Shown here: piece by piece, positions 53,749 through 63,785 of the stretch | Numbering within the stretch: the first letter of the stretch is position 1 | How the letters are laid out: each line of letters opens with the position of its first letter | Assembly (NCBI GenBank): GCA_000993205.1 | Contig: LBVU01000003.1 | Span: forward strand, 161,008-225,007 | DNA from: Candidatus Woesebacteria bacterium GW2011_GWB1_39_10 | GTDB lineage: Bacteria; Patescibacteriota; Microgenomatia; UBA8517 | Direction of reading: 5' to 3' | Length of the DNA: 64,000 nucleotides | Program-made: the position numbers and the translations under genes | The notes under the pieces: generated by a model | Told to the model about the DNA's origin: nothing | Seen by the model: only the letters and a program-made list of their open reading frames with translations | Database searches by the model: none

Positions 53749-55551
53749 ATGGACAATCAAGTTGCTGAGATTAAATCAAAGATAGATATAGTTTCCATTA
53801 TTGGGGAAAGAATCGATCTTAAAAAGGCCGGTAGAAATTATAAGGCAAACTGCCCTTTCCACGGCGAAAAAACTCCGTCCTTTATGGTTTCTCCAGAACT
53901 TCAAATTTTTAAATGTTTCGGTTGTTCTGAGAGCGGCGACGCTTTCTCCTTCTTGGAAAAATATGAGGGAATGGATTTTCCTGAGGCGTTAAAATACCTG
54001 GCGGACAAAATTGGAATTAAACTTCAAAAGACGGGAATTGGGCAATCAACCGATCGTGAAAGGCTGATCGAAGTCAATTCTCAAGCCCTGAGATTTTATA
54101 ATTACCTTCTTTTAGAACATCCGGTCGGGAAGAAAGCTTTGGAATATCTAGTTCACGATAGAGGATTGAAACCAGATACAATCAAAGAATTCCAATTAGG
54201 GTTTTCTCCGGAAAACTCCTATTCCCTCAAGAAATTTTTAATTGACAAGAAAAAGTTTTTACCAAGCGATATTGAAAGGGCGGGTATAGGGTTAATTCGT
54301 GGGTCAAATATTTACGACAGATTCAATGGACGCATAACTTTTCCGCTTTTTGACCATAGGGGTAATCCGATTGGTTTTGCAGGAAGAATTTTGCCCTGGG
54401 ATAAACGCGAAACCGGAAAATATATAAATTCTCCCGAAACCCCGCTCTATCACAAGAGTAGTGTTTTATATGCATTGAATCTGACACGAGGTTGGATTAA
54501 AAAGAAAAAGGTTGCAATTATCGTTGAGGGAGAGCTTGATGCAATTTCTTCTTATCAGGCCGGAATTAAAAATGTGGTTGCGATTAAAGGATCGGCCCTG
54601 ACAGAAGAGCAAATCCGTCTTCTTTCCCGTTTTGCACCTAAGTTTATTTTAGCGCTTGACGCCGATATGGCTGGGGACGCAGCTTCTCGCCGAGGACTTA
54701 CTATTGCTGGTAATGCAGGAATTGAGGTAAAGATTGCCAAATTAAGTAATTTTAAAGACCCAGATGAGGCTGCGAGACACGACCTTGCAGGTTATAAAAA
54801 AGACCTAATTGAGGCAGAAGGATCTTGGGACTATCTGATTAACTCTGTATTTTCCAGGTTCAATTCATCAACCGGTTCCGGTAAGGCAAAAATTTCAAAA
54901 GAATTAATACCAATTTTATCAGAGATTGGAGATAGGATTGTCCAGGCGCACTATGCCAATGTTATCGCCAGGCGCTTAGATGTGCCCCTTATGGCAGTAA
55001 CAGACGAAGTGGATAAAAATAAGAAGGCAGTCGCTCTTCCCAAGATTTTGACTGAATCTGAAATCGGATCCGACAAAGACAGGAAAGTTCTTCTGGAGGA
55101 AAGGCTTCTTGCAATGGGATTTCAGACAGATCCGAAAATTTTCCTTTCTGAAAGTGTTTCCAAACTTATTTCAACACCTTTAAATATAAGAATTTTGGAA
55201 GAGTATATGAAATTTTCGTCGTTAAACAAGGACTTTGATCTTTCGGTATTTGCAAGCTCGTTGTCTAAAGAGCTGTTTGACGGTTTTGCCCAAATGGTTT
55301 TGGGTGGGAATGAAGAAGAGTTTTTTGACCCGGACCTCTTTAAAAAAGAATTTGATTTGGTTCAAAAAGAGCTTAAAATATTTTCCATAAAGGATAATCT
55401 TAAATTTCTGGCCTCCGAAATGCGGAATTTGGAAAAAGATGGCGATAAAGACAAGCTTTTTAAAGTTCAAAATGAATTCGGAAAACTTGCTGAACAATTG
55501 TCCGGGTATACTGAGGCCGACGGAGGGGGTATAATACTCAAAGAACCATAG
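53749..55551 (+). CDS. dnaG: DNA primase
   Basis: CHC2 zinc finger CPFHGEKTPSFMVSPELQIFKCFGC; Toprim IVEGELDAISSYQAG and LALDADMAGD. Confidence 0.85.
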   Translation: MDNQVAEIKSKIDIVSIIGERIDLKKAGRNYKANCPFHGEKTPSFMVSPELQIFKCFGCSESGDAFSFLEKYEGMDFPEALKYLADKIGIKLQKTGIGQSTDRERLIEVNSQALRFYNYLLLEHPVGKKALEYLVHDRGLKPDTIKEFQLGFSPENSYSLKKFLIDKKKFLPSDIERAGIGLIRGSNIYDRFNGRITFPLFDHRGNPIGFAGRILPWDKRETGKYINSPETPLYHKSSVLYALNLTRGWIKKKKVAIIVEGELDAISSYQAGIKNVVAIKGSALTEEQIRLLSRFAPKFILALDADMAGDAASRRGLTIAGNAGIEVKIAKLSNFKDPDEAARHDLAGYKKDLIEAEGSWDYLINSVFSRFNSSTGSGKAKISKELIPILSEIGDRIVQAHYANVIARRLDVPLMAVTDEVDKNKKAVALPKILTESEIGSDKDRKVLLEERLLAMGFQTDPKIFLSESVSKLISTPLNIRILEEYMKFSSLNKDFDLSVFASSLSKELFDGFAQMVLGGNEEEFFDPDLFKKEFDLVQKELKIFSIKDNLKFLASEMRNLEKDGDKDKLFKVQNEFGKLAEQLSGYTEADGGGIILKEP

Positions 55552-55611
55552 TTTTAATGGTTGTAGTTTCGTGCTCATGGGGCACGATAACTGCAATCAT
55601 TTGTTTCACAA

Positions 55612-56691
55612 ATGATACGAAAACCTGTTTTAGATTTAATTAAAAAAGGACGCGATCAGGGATTTTTAACCCAAGATGAAATTTTGGATGTTTTTTCTGA
55701 TGCTGAAGAACGAGTAATTGAGCTTGACGAACTTTACGAAAAACTTCTTGGCGAAGGCATTGACGTCTTTGAATCGGTAACCCCCGGGGAAATTGAAAGT
55801 GACGAAAAAGCCAAAGAGAAGCTTGACCGTGAGATCGAACTTCTTACAAAACTTGAAGGAATTGAGTCTACAGACCCCGTCAGGCAATATCTTAGGGAAA
55901 TAGGACGGGTTCCGCTTCTTTTGGCCGAGGATGAGGTTGAGCTTGCCAAAAGATACGAAAAGGCCGATAAAAGAGCAAAAGACAAGCTAACCGAGAGCAA
56001 TTTGCGTTTGGTCGTTTCTATTGCCAAGAAATATATTGGGCGCGGCCTATCGCTTCTGGATCTTATTCAGGAAGGGAACCAGGGGTTAATCCGTGCAGTA
56101 GAAAAGTATGACTGGAGAAAGGGTTACAAATTTTCGACATATGCAACCTGGTGGATAAGACAGGCCATAACCCGCGCCATTGCTGATCAGGCCAGAACCA
56201 TTAGAATTCCTGTCCACATGGTTGAGACGATCAATAAAATTTACAGGACCTCAAGACGCTTGATGCAGGAACTTGGCAGGGAACCCACCCCGGAAGAAAT
56301 TGGAGGAGAACTTGAATTGGACGGGGACCGTGTCCGGGAGATATTTAAGATTGCACAGGAAACAACTTCGCTTGAAGCTCCAGTTGGGGAAGATCAGGAG
56401 AGTTTTTTGGGGGACTTTATTCCTGACGAAAACGCGCTTTCTCCCGTAGACCAAGCCAGTAAACAACTTCTTAAAGATCATTTGGAAGAAGTTTTGGGTA
56501 CTTTGTCCGAGAGAGAAGCCAAAGTCCTTAAACTCAGGTTCGGTTTGGAGGGAAGCAAGGCAATGACACTTGAAGAGGTGGGTAAGGTTTTTGGTGTTAC
56601 TCGCGAACGTATTCGTCAAATTGAAGCAAAGGCCCTAAGAAAATTAAAACACCCCTCGCGTCGTAAGAAACTCCAAGACTATTTGGACTAA
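55612..56691 (+). CDS. rpoD: RNA polymerase primary sigma factor (sigma-70)
   Basis: [16 protein letters not shown], region 2 [50 protein letters not shown], region 4 [27 protein letters not shown]. Confidence 0.9.
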   Translation: MIRKPVLDLIKKGRDQGFLTQDEILDVFSDAEERVIELDELYEKLLGEGIDVFESVTPGEIESDEKAKEKLDREIELLTKLEGIESTDPVRQYLREIGRVPLLLAEDEVELAKRYEKADKRAKDKLTESNLRLVVSIAKKYIGRGLSLLDLIQEGNQGLIRAVEKYDWRKGYKFSTYATWWIRQAITRAIADQARTIRIPVHMVETINKIYRTSRRLMQELGREPTPEEIGGELELDGDRVREIFKIAQETTSLEAPVGEDQESFLGDFIPDENALSPVDQASKQLLKDHLEEVLGTLSEREAKVLKLRFGLEGSKAMTLEEVGKVFGVTRERIRQIEAKALRKLKHPSRRKKLQDYLD

Positions 56692-56745
56692 CCACTTTAG
56701 GTTGTCAGTGGTTGCTTCAAACCAATATTCTGGTATGATATTGGC

Positions 56746-57894
56746 ATGATTCTATACGAATTTGAAGGAAAAAAACTTCTTTCGGATAAAGGTATTAAAG
56801 TTCCTCCGTTTCAGATTGTGGATTCGGCTACAAATAAGGTCAGAATAAAATTTCCGTTAGTTCTTAAGGCCCAGGTCCTTTCCGGTAAAAGAAAAGATGC
56901 CGGTGGAATTATTTTTGTAAACAAAAAAGAAGAATTCAAATCTAAGGTTAAAAAACTTTTGGGTAAAAAAATAAACGGAGAAGTTGTTACGGAAATACTT
57001 GCGGAGGAAATAATTAAACACAGACGCGAATTTTATTTGGCTTTATCATACGACACTGGTCGCAGTGGACCTGTTTTAACTTTTTCTGAATCGGGAGGGA
57101 CCGGAATTGAAACCAGGGAATCCAAAATTGTTCCATTAAATATCCTTAGTCCCCAAAAAACAAAAATCGCGCTTCCCACAAAAATCCAAAAAATATTACC
57201 CAAATTAATCAAGTCGTTCTTGGATAACGACTTGGTGCTTCTAGAAATTAACCCTCTTGTAATTGATGAAAAAGGAAATGTTTATGCGCTTGATGCCAAG
57301 GTCAAATTGGATGATTCCGCAATCGGACGTCATAAAGAGTGGACTTATTCACCCAGGTCTATCCCCGGTCATAATCCTACAATAAGAGAAATTGCCGCCA
57401 AGAAAATTGATGAAGGTGATTATCGGGGCACGGCGGGGTCCACATATATTGATTTACCGGGGGATATTGCGGTGCTTGCATCCGGAGGGGGAGCCTCGTT
57501 AACTGCGATGGATGCGTTGGTTAAAGCAGGTGGCGCTCCAGCCAACTATACCGAATATTCAGGAAACCCCTCCAAGGAAAAAGTGGCAAAATTAACCAAG
57601 ATTGTACTATCTAAAAAAGGAATAAACGGCCTTTGGGTGGTTGGGGCCATTGCCAACTTTACCAATATTTTTGAGACGCTTACAGGGTTTGTAGAATCAT
57701 TGAGAAACATTAAACCCAAGCCGGAATACCCAATTGTAATTAGGCGCGGCGGCCCGCACGACAAAGAAGCTTTTGCCATGCTTAGGAAAGTTAAGGATTT
57801 TGATTTGCATCTTTACGGTGAGAAAACATCTATCGCCGAGTCGGCTAAAATTGTGTCCCGTCTGGCAAAAAAATATGCATCTACCAAAAAGTAA
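56746..57894 (+). CDS. SucC-like ATP-grasp subunit (succinyl-CoA / citryl-CoA synthetase beta-type subunit)
   Basis: MILYEFEGKKLLSDKGIKVPPFQIV (compare SucC MNLHEYQAK.L....G.PVP), ATP-grasp plus CoA-ligase domains in 382 aa. Confidence 0.6.
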   Translation: MILYEFEGKKLLSDKGIKVPPFQIVDSATNKVRIKFPLVLKAQVLSGKRKDAGGIIFVNKKEEFKSKVKKLLGKKINGEVVTEILAEEIIKHRREFYLALSYDTGRSGPVLTFSESGGTGIETRESKIVPLNILSPQKTKIALPTKIQKILPKLIKSFLDNDLVLLEINPLVIDEKGNVYALDAKVKLDDSAIGRHKEWTYSPRSIPGHNPTIREIAAKKIDEGDYRGTAGSTYIDLPGDIAVLASGGGASLTAMDALVKAGGAPANYTEYSGNPSKEKVAKLTKIVLSKKGINGLWVVGAIANFTNIFETLTGFVESLRNIKPKPEYPIVIRRGGPHDKEAFAMLRKVKDFDLHLYGEKTSIAESAKIVSRLAKKYASTKK

Positions 57895-58777
57895 TTCAAA
57901 ATTCATAGGACAGGGGTTAACAGGAACGGAGGGTTCAACCTCTTTGGCGCACATGCTGGGTTATGGAACAAAGATTGTAGCCGGAGTAACACCGGGTAAG
58001 GGTGGGCAAGAGGTACAAGGAGTACCAATATTCAATACAGTAAAAGAAGCTCTAAAAAAGGTTGGGAAAGTGGATGGAACGGTGCAATTTGTTCCGCCAC
58101 TATTTACCAAAGGGGCAGTGGTGGAGGCAATTGACGCAGGAATAAAATTTATATTAATTGGCGCCGAAAAAGTACCGACAAGGGATGCTGCTGAAATGTT
58201 TGCGCTTGCCAAGAAGAAAAGAGTAACAATAATCGGTCCGAGTTCTGTAGGGATTATTTCTCCTAAAAACAAAATCAAACTGGGCCAAATTGGAGGAGGA
58301 ACTCCGGAGAGGGTTTTTGTTAAGGGCAATATCGGAGTTATATCCAAATCCGGCGGAATGACTTCCGAGCTTGGTTTAATTCTTAAAAATAACGGAATGG
58401 GAGTTTCCTGGGCGGTAGGCATCGGTGGAGACAGAATAATATGTACCGACTTTACGGACTTTTTGATGGAATTAGAACAAGATAAGGATACGAAAGCCTC
58501 GGTCGTTTTTGGAGAACTTGGAGGAAAGTATGAAGAAAAAATTGCCGAATATGTAAGGAAAGGGAAAATAAAAAAACCGGTTGTTGCATTCATTGCCGGA
58601 GAATTTACCAACAAATTACCGAGTGATGTTCAATTTGGTCATGCGGGAGCTATAATAGAAGGGAAGCGTGGTCTTCCTTCGGAAAAAAGGAAGATTTTGA
58701 AAGAAGCCGGAATTTTGGTTGCTGAGAATTTTGATGAGATCCCTGTATTATTGAGGAAGATCCTATCGTCGAGCTGA
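57875..58777 (+). CDS. SucD-like CoA-binding subunit (succinyl-CoA / citryl-CoA synthetase alpha-type subunit)
   Basis: KFIGQGLTGTEGSTSLAHMLGYGTKIVAGVTPGKGG, SGGMTSELG, VGIGGD, phospho-His loop QFGHAGAI. ATG at 57875 overlaps the upstream gene by 20 nt (ORF-track frame from 57773). Confidence 0.7.
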   Translation: MHLPKSNSKFIGQGLTGTEGSTSLAHMLGYGTKIVAGVTPGKGGQEVQGVPIFNTVKEALKKVGKVDGTVQFVPPLFTKGAVVEAIDAGIKFILIGAEKVPTRDAAEMFALAKKKRVTIIGPSSVGIISPKNKIKLGQIGGGTPERVFVKGNIGVISKSGGMTSELGLILKNNGMGVSWAVGIGGDRIICTDFTDFLMELEQDKDTKASVVFGELGGKYEEKIAEYVRKGKIKKPVVAFIAGEFTNKLPSDVQFGHAGAIIEGKRGLPSEKRKILKEAGILVAENFDEIPVLLRKILSSS

Positions 58778-58797
58778 GCTCGACTCCAGGATGACGT

Positions 58798-59463
58798 ATG
58801 ACAAAAACTATCGTACATAAAAATAATTTGCCATATTTTGGAAATGAAAACCTATTGGAAATTGCTCCCAAGAGAAGTTTTGCAGGTATGATCTTTGAAC
58901 TTCTTAGCGGAAAAGAAGCTGATAGTCATCAGCTCAAGGTTTTTGAAACAATCCTCAATACTTCCATAGATCACGGAGAAGAAACCCCATCGGCTACGGA
59001 AACGATTAGGGCAGCAAAAGATGGAAAAACCATAAGTGAGTCCGTTGCTGCCGGAATTTTGCAAATAAACGATACACACGGCGGGGCGATTGAACCGGCG
59101 ATGGCGATGTTTTACGAAATTCGAAATTCGAAGCACGAAATACGAAACTTTGTGAAGGAACAGTTGGAACAGGGAAAGAGACTGTCGGGATTTGGGCATA
59201 GAATCTATGAAGTAGACCCCAGGAGCCAGCTTCTTTTTAAACTTGCCAAAGATGAAGGAATCTCAGATGAATATATAAATTTGGCCCGTGATATCGAAAG
59301 GGAGCTTTTGGAGCAAAAAGGCAAAGTTTTGCCGGTAAATATAGACGGGGCAATTGCAGCCATCCTCTGCGCTTTTGGTTGGGAACCAAAATTGGGTAAA
59401 GCCGTCTTCATCATCGCCCGCACCCCTGGGCTATGCGGACAGTTTCTAAATTCTTCAAAATAG
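58798..59463 (+). CDS. short citrate-synthase-like protein (citryl-CoA lyase Ccl-like / AclA C-terminal domain-like)
   Basis: HGEETPSATETIRAAKDGKTISESVAAGILQINDTHGGAIE and GFGHRIYEVDPRS correspond to the citrate synthase catalytic His/Asp region; only 221 aa. Confidence 0.55.
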   Translation: MTKTIVHKNNLPYFGNENLLEIAPKRSFAGMIFELLSGKEADSHQLKVFETILNTSIDHGEETPSATETIRAAKDGKTISESVAAGILQINDTHGGAIEPAMAMFYEIRNSKHEIRNFVKEQLEQGKRLSGFGHRIYEVDPRSQLLFKLAKDEGISDEYINLARDIERELLEQKGKVLPVNIDGAIAAILCAFGWEPKLGKAVFIIARTPGLCGQFLNSSK

Positions 59464-59554
59464 CTTTGCAAGTGTAAAATTGAGCAAACTTAGACTATAA
59501 TAGCTTCAGAGAATTATAAATTTTAAATTATTAACTCTAAATTGCACTTTATAA

Positions 59555-59626
59555 TCCCCTGTAGCTCAATGGTAGAGCAGAATCCTGTTAAGATTAAGGT
59601 TGCTGGTTCGAATCCAGCCGGGGGAG
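59555..59626 (+). tRNA. tRNA-Asn (anticodon GUU)
   Basis: Acceptor UCCCCUG/CGGGGGA, D-arm GCUC-AAUGGUA-GAGC, anticodon loop CUGUUAA, T-arm GCUGG-UUCGAAU-CCAGC, discriminator G. Confidence 0.75.
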
Positions 59627-61105
59627 CAAGTGGCTCCTTATTATAATGTGGTTCTGCCTACGTAAGGTTGCAAACACGGGTGTTTCAACAACTCTTGTAA
59701 TCTCCTTATCTTTGATATAAATGCCCTCAAAGAAGAATCTTAAGTAATGTCTCTTTAGGTGGGGTGGGGCCTCCAGATATGTCTGATGGATATTTCTTGT
59801 AAGAGCAAGAACTTCGTCGACAAGATTTATATCCAGTTTTTGCCGACCCTCCAATTCAACCAGCCGGTCATTAAGATTATTTATCTGTTCCTGAAGTTTG
59901 ATGTGTTGCCTTTTGAAAACATCCCTGCCTATAACACCCTCAACCAGAAGGTCTTCTAATTTATTCCTATGCTTTTCGATGGCTCTTTTTTGATTGACGA
60001 TTATTTGCCTTTCTGATTTGAAGGTTTTTCTTCCGCCTTCGAAGTGCTTTCTAATCTTTTGTCTTACAAGTTCAGTAAATTCTTGGCCGAATTGGAAGTT
60101 TTTGAAGAGATTGGCAACTCTTTTTTCCATGTCCTCTAATTCAATAAACGATCCAGGACAACCACCCGGAGTATAGCAGTGATAGTAACCAATCCGATCC
60201 TTTTTATAACCATTGTGATGGTAATAATGCCATTCTGCGGTCAGTCTGGAGGAGTGCTCCGAACAAAAAACAATTCCCCTTAAAAGGAAATTGTGCTTTC
60301 TCTGTCGAATTAAAAATTGTCTGTGCTTTGCCGCTGTAAGTTGGCATTGGTCGAACAAGGCCTTGGTTATTAAAGGTGTGTGGTTTCCCGTCTTCTCTGT
60401 TCCTCCCCATTTCATTAAACCGTAAAAGAAGGGGTTGGATAGTAATTGTTGGAGGCTGCTATCACAAAACATCTTTCCGTTCCTTGCAGTAAGACCTTTT
60501 GAGAACATCTCCTTCGACAGCCGTACATAAGAGTAATTGCCTGTGGAATATAGATTAAATGTTTCTTCTACCAATGGTGCCGTAATTGGATCAGGCACGA
60601 CTATTTTTTTATTATTCTTCCTTATGTTTTTGTATCCCACTGGAGCCCAACCCGGCCACCATCCATCCCTATACTTCTGCCTCAGAGCATCTTTTGTTCT
60701 TTGTCCGTTGACCTCACTTTCCCATTCGGCTACTGAGGCAAATATATTGCCAATTAGTCCGTTTCCCACGTCTCCACCCTCAACAATGGAAATTAAACTG
60801 ACTCCTTTATTCCTGAACTCCTTTCTTATCCTCGAGAAGTCAGCAACATTCCTGGCAAATCTGTCAATCTTATAAACAATTACAGAATCGACAGGGTTAT
60901 CGTCAACGGCCTTAAGAAGTTTTTGGAATTCCGGTCTCTCTACGGTTCTGGCACTTTTTCCTTCCTCCAAAAAAGCACTCTTTATTTGGTATCCATTATT
61001 TTTGGCATACTCAACACAAGCCCTTTTTTGGTTATCGAGAGAAAAACCTTCCTTAGCCTGTTCATCCGTGCTCACGCGTAAATAGATATAGCAAGCCTTA
61101 TTCAT
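59594..61105 (-). CDS. large serine recombinase (resolvase/invertase catalytic domain plus recombinase and zinc-ribbon domains)
   Basis: CYIYLRVSTDEQAKEGFSLDNQ (catalytic Ser in RVSTDEQ), DSVIVYKIDRFARN, 503 aa, C-terminal Cys/His-rich region. Confidence 0.8.
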   Translation of the reverse strand: MNKACYIYLRVSTDEQAKEGFSLDNQKRACVEYAKNNGYQIKSAFLEEGKSARTVERPEFQKLLKAVDDNPVDSVIVYKIDRFARNVADFSRIRKEFRNKGVSLISIVEGGDVGNGLIGNIFASVAEWESEVNGQRTKDALRQKYRDGWWPGWAPVGYKNIRKNNKKIVVPDPITAPLVEETFNLYSTGNYSYVRLSKEMFSKGLTARNGKMFCDSSLQQLLSNPFFYGLMKWGGTEKTGNHTPLITKALFDQCQLTAAKHRQFLIRQRKHNFLLRGIVFCSEHSSRLTAEWHYYHHNGYKKDRIGYYHCYTPGGCPGSFIELEDMEKRVANLFKNFQFGQEFTELVRQKIRKHFEGGRKTFKSERQIIVNQKRAIEKHRNKLEDLLVEGVIGRDVFKRQHIKLQEQINNLNDRLVELEGRQKLDINLVDEVLALTRNIHQTYLEAPPHLKRHYLRFFFEGIYIKDKEITRVVETPVFATLRRQNHIIIRSHLLPRLDSNQQP

Positions 61106-61281
61106 ATGTAAAATACGTGATGGCAGTTAGGACATACAAAAGTGTCGGTATATTTAAAATCTTCAGATGTAGCGTCAGTGATAGATAAATCTTTGGTAAT
61201 TAAAATCGTGCCATAGCAATAAGGACATTCAACCACCCTCGGATCAACGGTCAGAACAATGGCTTGTTTGTGTTTATTCAT
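61102..61281 (-). CDS. small (59 aa) zinc-ribbon protein immediately upstream of, and overlapping, the recombinase start (possible directionality factor or regulator)
   Basis: Hand-translated MNKHKQAIVLTVDPRVVECPYCYGTILITKDLSITDATSEDFKYTDTFVCPNCHHVFYI*; CxxC...CxxC; below the ORF-track cutoff. Confidence 0.4.
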   Translation of the reverse strand: MNKHKQAIVLTVDPRVVECPYCYGTILITKDLSITDATSEDFKYTDTFVCPNCHHVFYI

Positions 61282-61300
61282 TTCGTGTCACATCCATCCG

Positions 61301-61552
61301 CTAGTCATCTTCGGTAAATACATTGAAAGCGAGCCAAAAGCTGCCTCGGCTGGTATAGTCTCCATCGTTCCAAAAATCTGTAAACTTTCCGAAATTATCA
61401 AATGACTTGCCGTAACTTACCTTTAGATAGACTTTTAAACCCTTAATCCTCCAGTTTATTAGGCGTGCCTTTTTTAAAAAAAGCCTTTTCTTTCCAGTTC
61501 TGTACTTATCCATTAACTTCCTGTTTTTGTATATTTTTATTAAAAATTTCAT
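61301..61552 (-). CDS. hypothetical small protein (mobile-element cargo)
   Basis: ORF only. Confidence 0.3.
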   Translation of the reverse strand: MKFLIKIYKNRKLMDKYRTGKKRLFLKKARLINWRIKGLKVYLKVSYGKSFDNFGKFTDFWNDGDYTSRGSFWLAFNVFTEDD

Positions 61553-61689
61553 ACCTAAATAAGTTCCTATTGATAACCATTTTTTGTGTTGCTATCCTAT
61601 CCATACAAACAGGACGTTGCCACTAAAACGGCGCAACCTATGCGTAAAATAGAGGTTCTTAGTTTCTAGCTGGAGCCTCTATTTTTTGG

Positions 61690-61995
61690 TTAATTAATTT
61701 TATGTACTCTTAGATCAAAATATAAGATACAAATACCCCATAGGAAAATATCCATGAATATAGCCAATGGAACCAGAGAAAAATTGGATTTATATGTAGT
61801 ATCGATAATCTTTTGATTATCGATACCGCGAGCGGTTTCGGGCGCTCGCGAGATACCTTCAGAGACAGATCCTTCATTAAAAAGATTCATATTATTATTT
61901 AGGTGGAAACCCATTTCCCTTGGAAACAGGAAGGCAAATTCCTCTACAAGCGGAATGATGTTACCCATTTGAAAAGCGGAAATATTTTTCCTCAT
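61690..61995 (-). CDS. hypothetical small protein (mobile-element cargo)
   Basis: ORF only; 4-nt overlap with the upstream gene. Confidence 0.3.
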   Translation of the reverse strand: MRKNISAFQMGNIIPLVEEFAFLFPREMGFHLNNNMNLFNEGSVSEGISRAPETARGIDNQKIIDTTYKSNFSLVPLAIFMDIFLWGICILYFDLRVHKIN

Positions 61996-62312
61996 GTTAA
62001 TTTTTGTTCTAATAGTTCGGATAAATCATATTGATTGGAATTCAGTTTGCCTTTGGTTTTGGGATTAAAGGCGCCCCTTTTCCAAGTAATGAGACCCCTT
62101 CTTCTAAGCGCTACGAGATGATTTCTGACTTGCCTTGCGGATAGACCAATATCTTTTGCTATCCTTTCTTGTGAGGGAAACGAGTAATTTTTTCCTCCCA
62201 GCCTACTTATAAGGTTGTATAGAACTAATTTTGCTCCAGGGGGAATATTTTTATCCTGCATAACTTTCTTGAATGTATATGTATCTAATTTAAATTTGTT
62301 TTCCATATTCAT
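61992..62312 (-). CDS. winged-helix DNA-binding protein
   Basis: ISRLGGKNYSFPSQERIAKDIGLSARQVRNHLVALRRRGLITWKRG is helix-turn-helix/wing-like. Confidence 0.4.
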   Translation of the reverse strand: MNMENKFKLDTYTFKKVMQDKNIPPGAKLVLYNLISRLGGKNYSFPSQERIAKDIGLSARQVRNHLVALRRRGLITWKRGAFNPKTKGKLNSNQYDLSELLEQKLT

Positions 62313-62334
62313 CTCAATCGAAACACTCTCTTTG

Positions 62335-62586
62335 TCAGATTTCGTAATCTCTGTGAATCAAACCTTTTAAGTAATCAAAATTGTCAAATAGGAGACGGGG
62401 GTTTGCGGATGCCCTGTTTGTCCAGTATCGCTGAAGCAGGTTCTTGACCTCCGGAGTGTTAGGAAAGCAAAAGTGAACTTTTTGTGGGTCGCTTTTGATT
62501 ATTTTTACAATAGATATACCCTCCGTAAGAAGATATGCGGACGATTTGATATCAGAAGTCTTAAATAATTCAGTTTGTTTCTCCAT
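62335..62586 (-). CDS. hypothetical small protein
   Basis: ORF only. Confidence 0.3.
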   Translation of the reverse strand: MEKQTELFKTSDIKSSAYLLTEGISIVKIIKSDPQKVHFCFPNTPEVKNLLQRYWTNRASANPRLLFDNFDYLKGLIHRDYEI

Positions 62587-62769
62587 GGTTAATCTTAATA
62601 ATCTTTTTGTTTCTTCTGGTTTTTATGTATGTAGTGTGTAACTCCAGCATTTTGGCAACCAACTCTGCCGCTGCATCAATCTCTTTGTTATCAATCTCAA
62701 TAGGCTTTTCCATAAATGAATAATTTATGTCTTAATTTTCCTATAAAAAGAAGTTGTTAGGTTGGAAAA

Positions 62770-63468
62770 CTAGAAAGCTGGAGCCTTCTCAACAAGAGAT
62801 TTGTATGTTTCGACACCTTTCCTGATTGTGCTTTCGTTGAAGCAAGTACACCCTTTGGGTTTGTTTCTACCAATGTCGTGAGGTTCTTTAATTGGGCACG
62901 CTTCTGTTTCTCCATCGGCAATATCTTTAAATGGTTTTCTTGATCTATAAGCAAGGTACCACTCTCGGTATTTTTTAATTGATGGTTTCTTTTTATCAAC
63001 CTTCCATACAGGATTGATGTACTCGTATTCTGGAACACCCTTTTCGTTTCCAATTTTATCTGCGTATTCCCAGTAGGCTTTAAGTACATCCTCATTTCTA
63101 ACACCTGGAGAAAGGACTATAAAATATGTCTCGTCGAGCATCTTCCCCTCGGTATCGAAGGTATCAAGAGTAGAGTCGAGATAGGCTGGTAGATAATCCC
63201 CGTCGGAAATTGCCCCACATAAGGCCGCCTTCTCGATTACTCGTCTAAAGACAATTGGTAAATAAAGACGTTTCCTGCTTTTTTCCACCTCTTTTTCTAG
63301 AAATTTTTCATCACCTGCAAATTGGTTATATTTATCTTGGGGGAGGAGGGTGCTAATTCCTACAACCGTTCTTATCCTCCCAATCTCTTTCGAGAATTTA
63401 TCCCGGTCAACAACGGGTGCAACATCCGCAAACAGCCTGTCATCGGTTATATCAATCTTAATATCCAT
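62770..63468 (-). CDS. hypothetical protein with a C-terminal Cys cluster
   Basis: 232 aa; ...ETEACPIKEPHDIGRNKPKGCTCFNE; no family recognised. Confidence 0.35.
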   Translation of the reverse strand: MDIKIDITDDRLFADVAPVVDRDKFSKEIGRIRTVVGISTLLPQDKYNQFAGDEKFLEKEVEKSRKRLYLPIVFRRVIEKAALCGAISDGDYLPAYLDSTLDTFDTEGKMLDETYFIVLSPGVRNEDVLKAYWEYADKIGNEKGVPEYEYINPVWKVDKKKPSIKKYREWYLAYRSRKPFKDIADGETEACPIKEPHDIGRNKPKGCTCFNESTIRKGVETYKSLVEKAPAF

Positions 63469-63785
63469 CTGGTTGGAATTATAATCCTTTCAACAACAGA
63501 GTTGTCTCAAAATTAGCATGTATATTGAGGCCAGTACGGCAAAATTCAGGGGAGTTTTGAGAGCAAAAACGCCAAAAATTGTATATTTGTTTATTCAGCC
63601 TGCAGTACATATAATAAGACCATCAGATTACCTAAACCCATTTAGGGCATGGTAGCAAATCCTTGAGAGGAGAAAGCCCGTCATCGAGCACCTCTCAAGG
63701 TCGTATGGGGAAACCCGTACGGGTAGCGCAAGCTATCACGGTGGCGGGCTTTTTGTTCGCCACCCACAGAGTAGGGGGTGAAACT

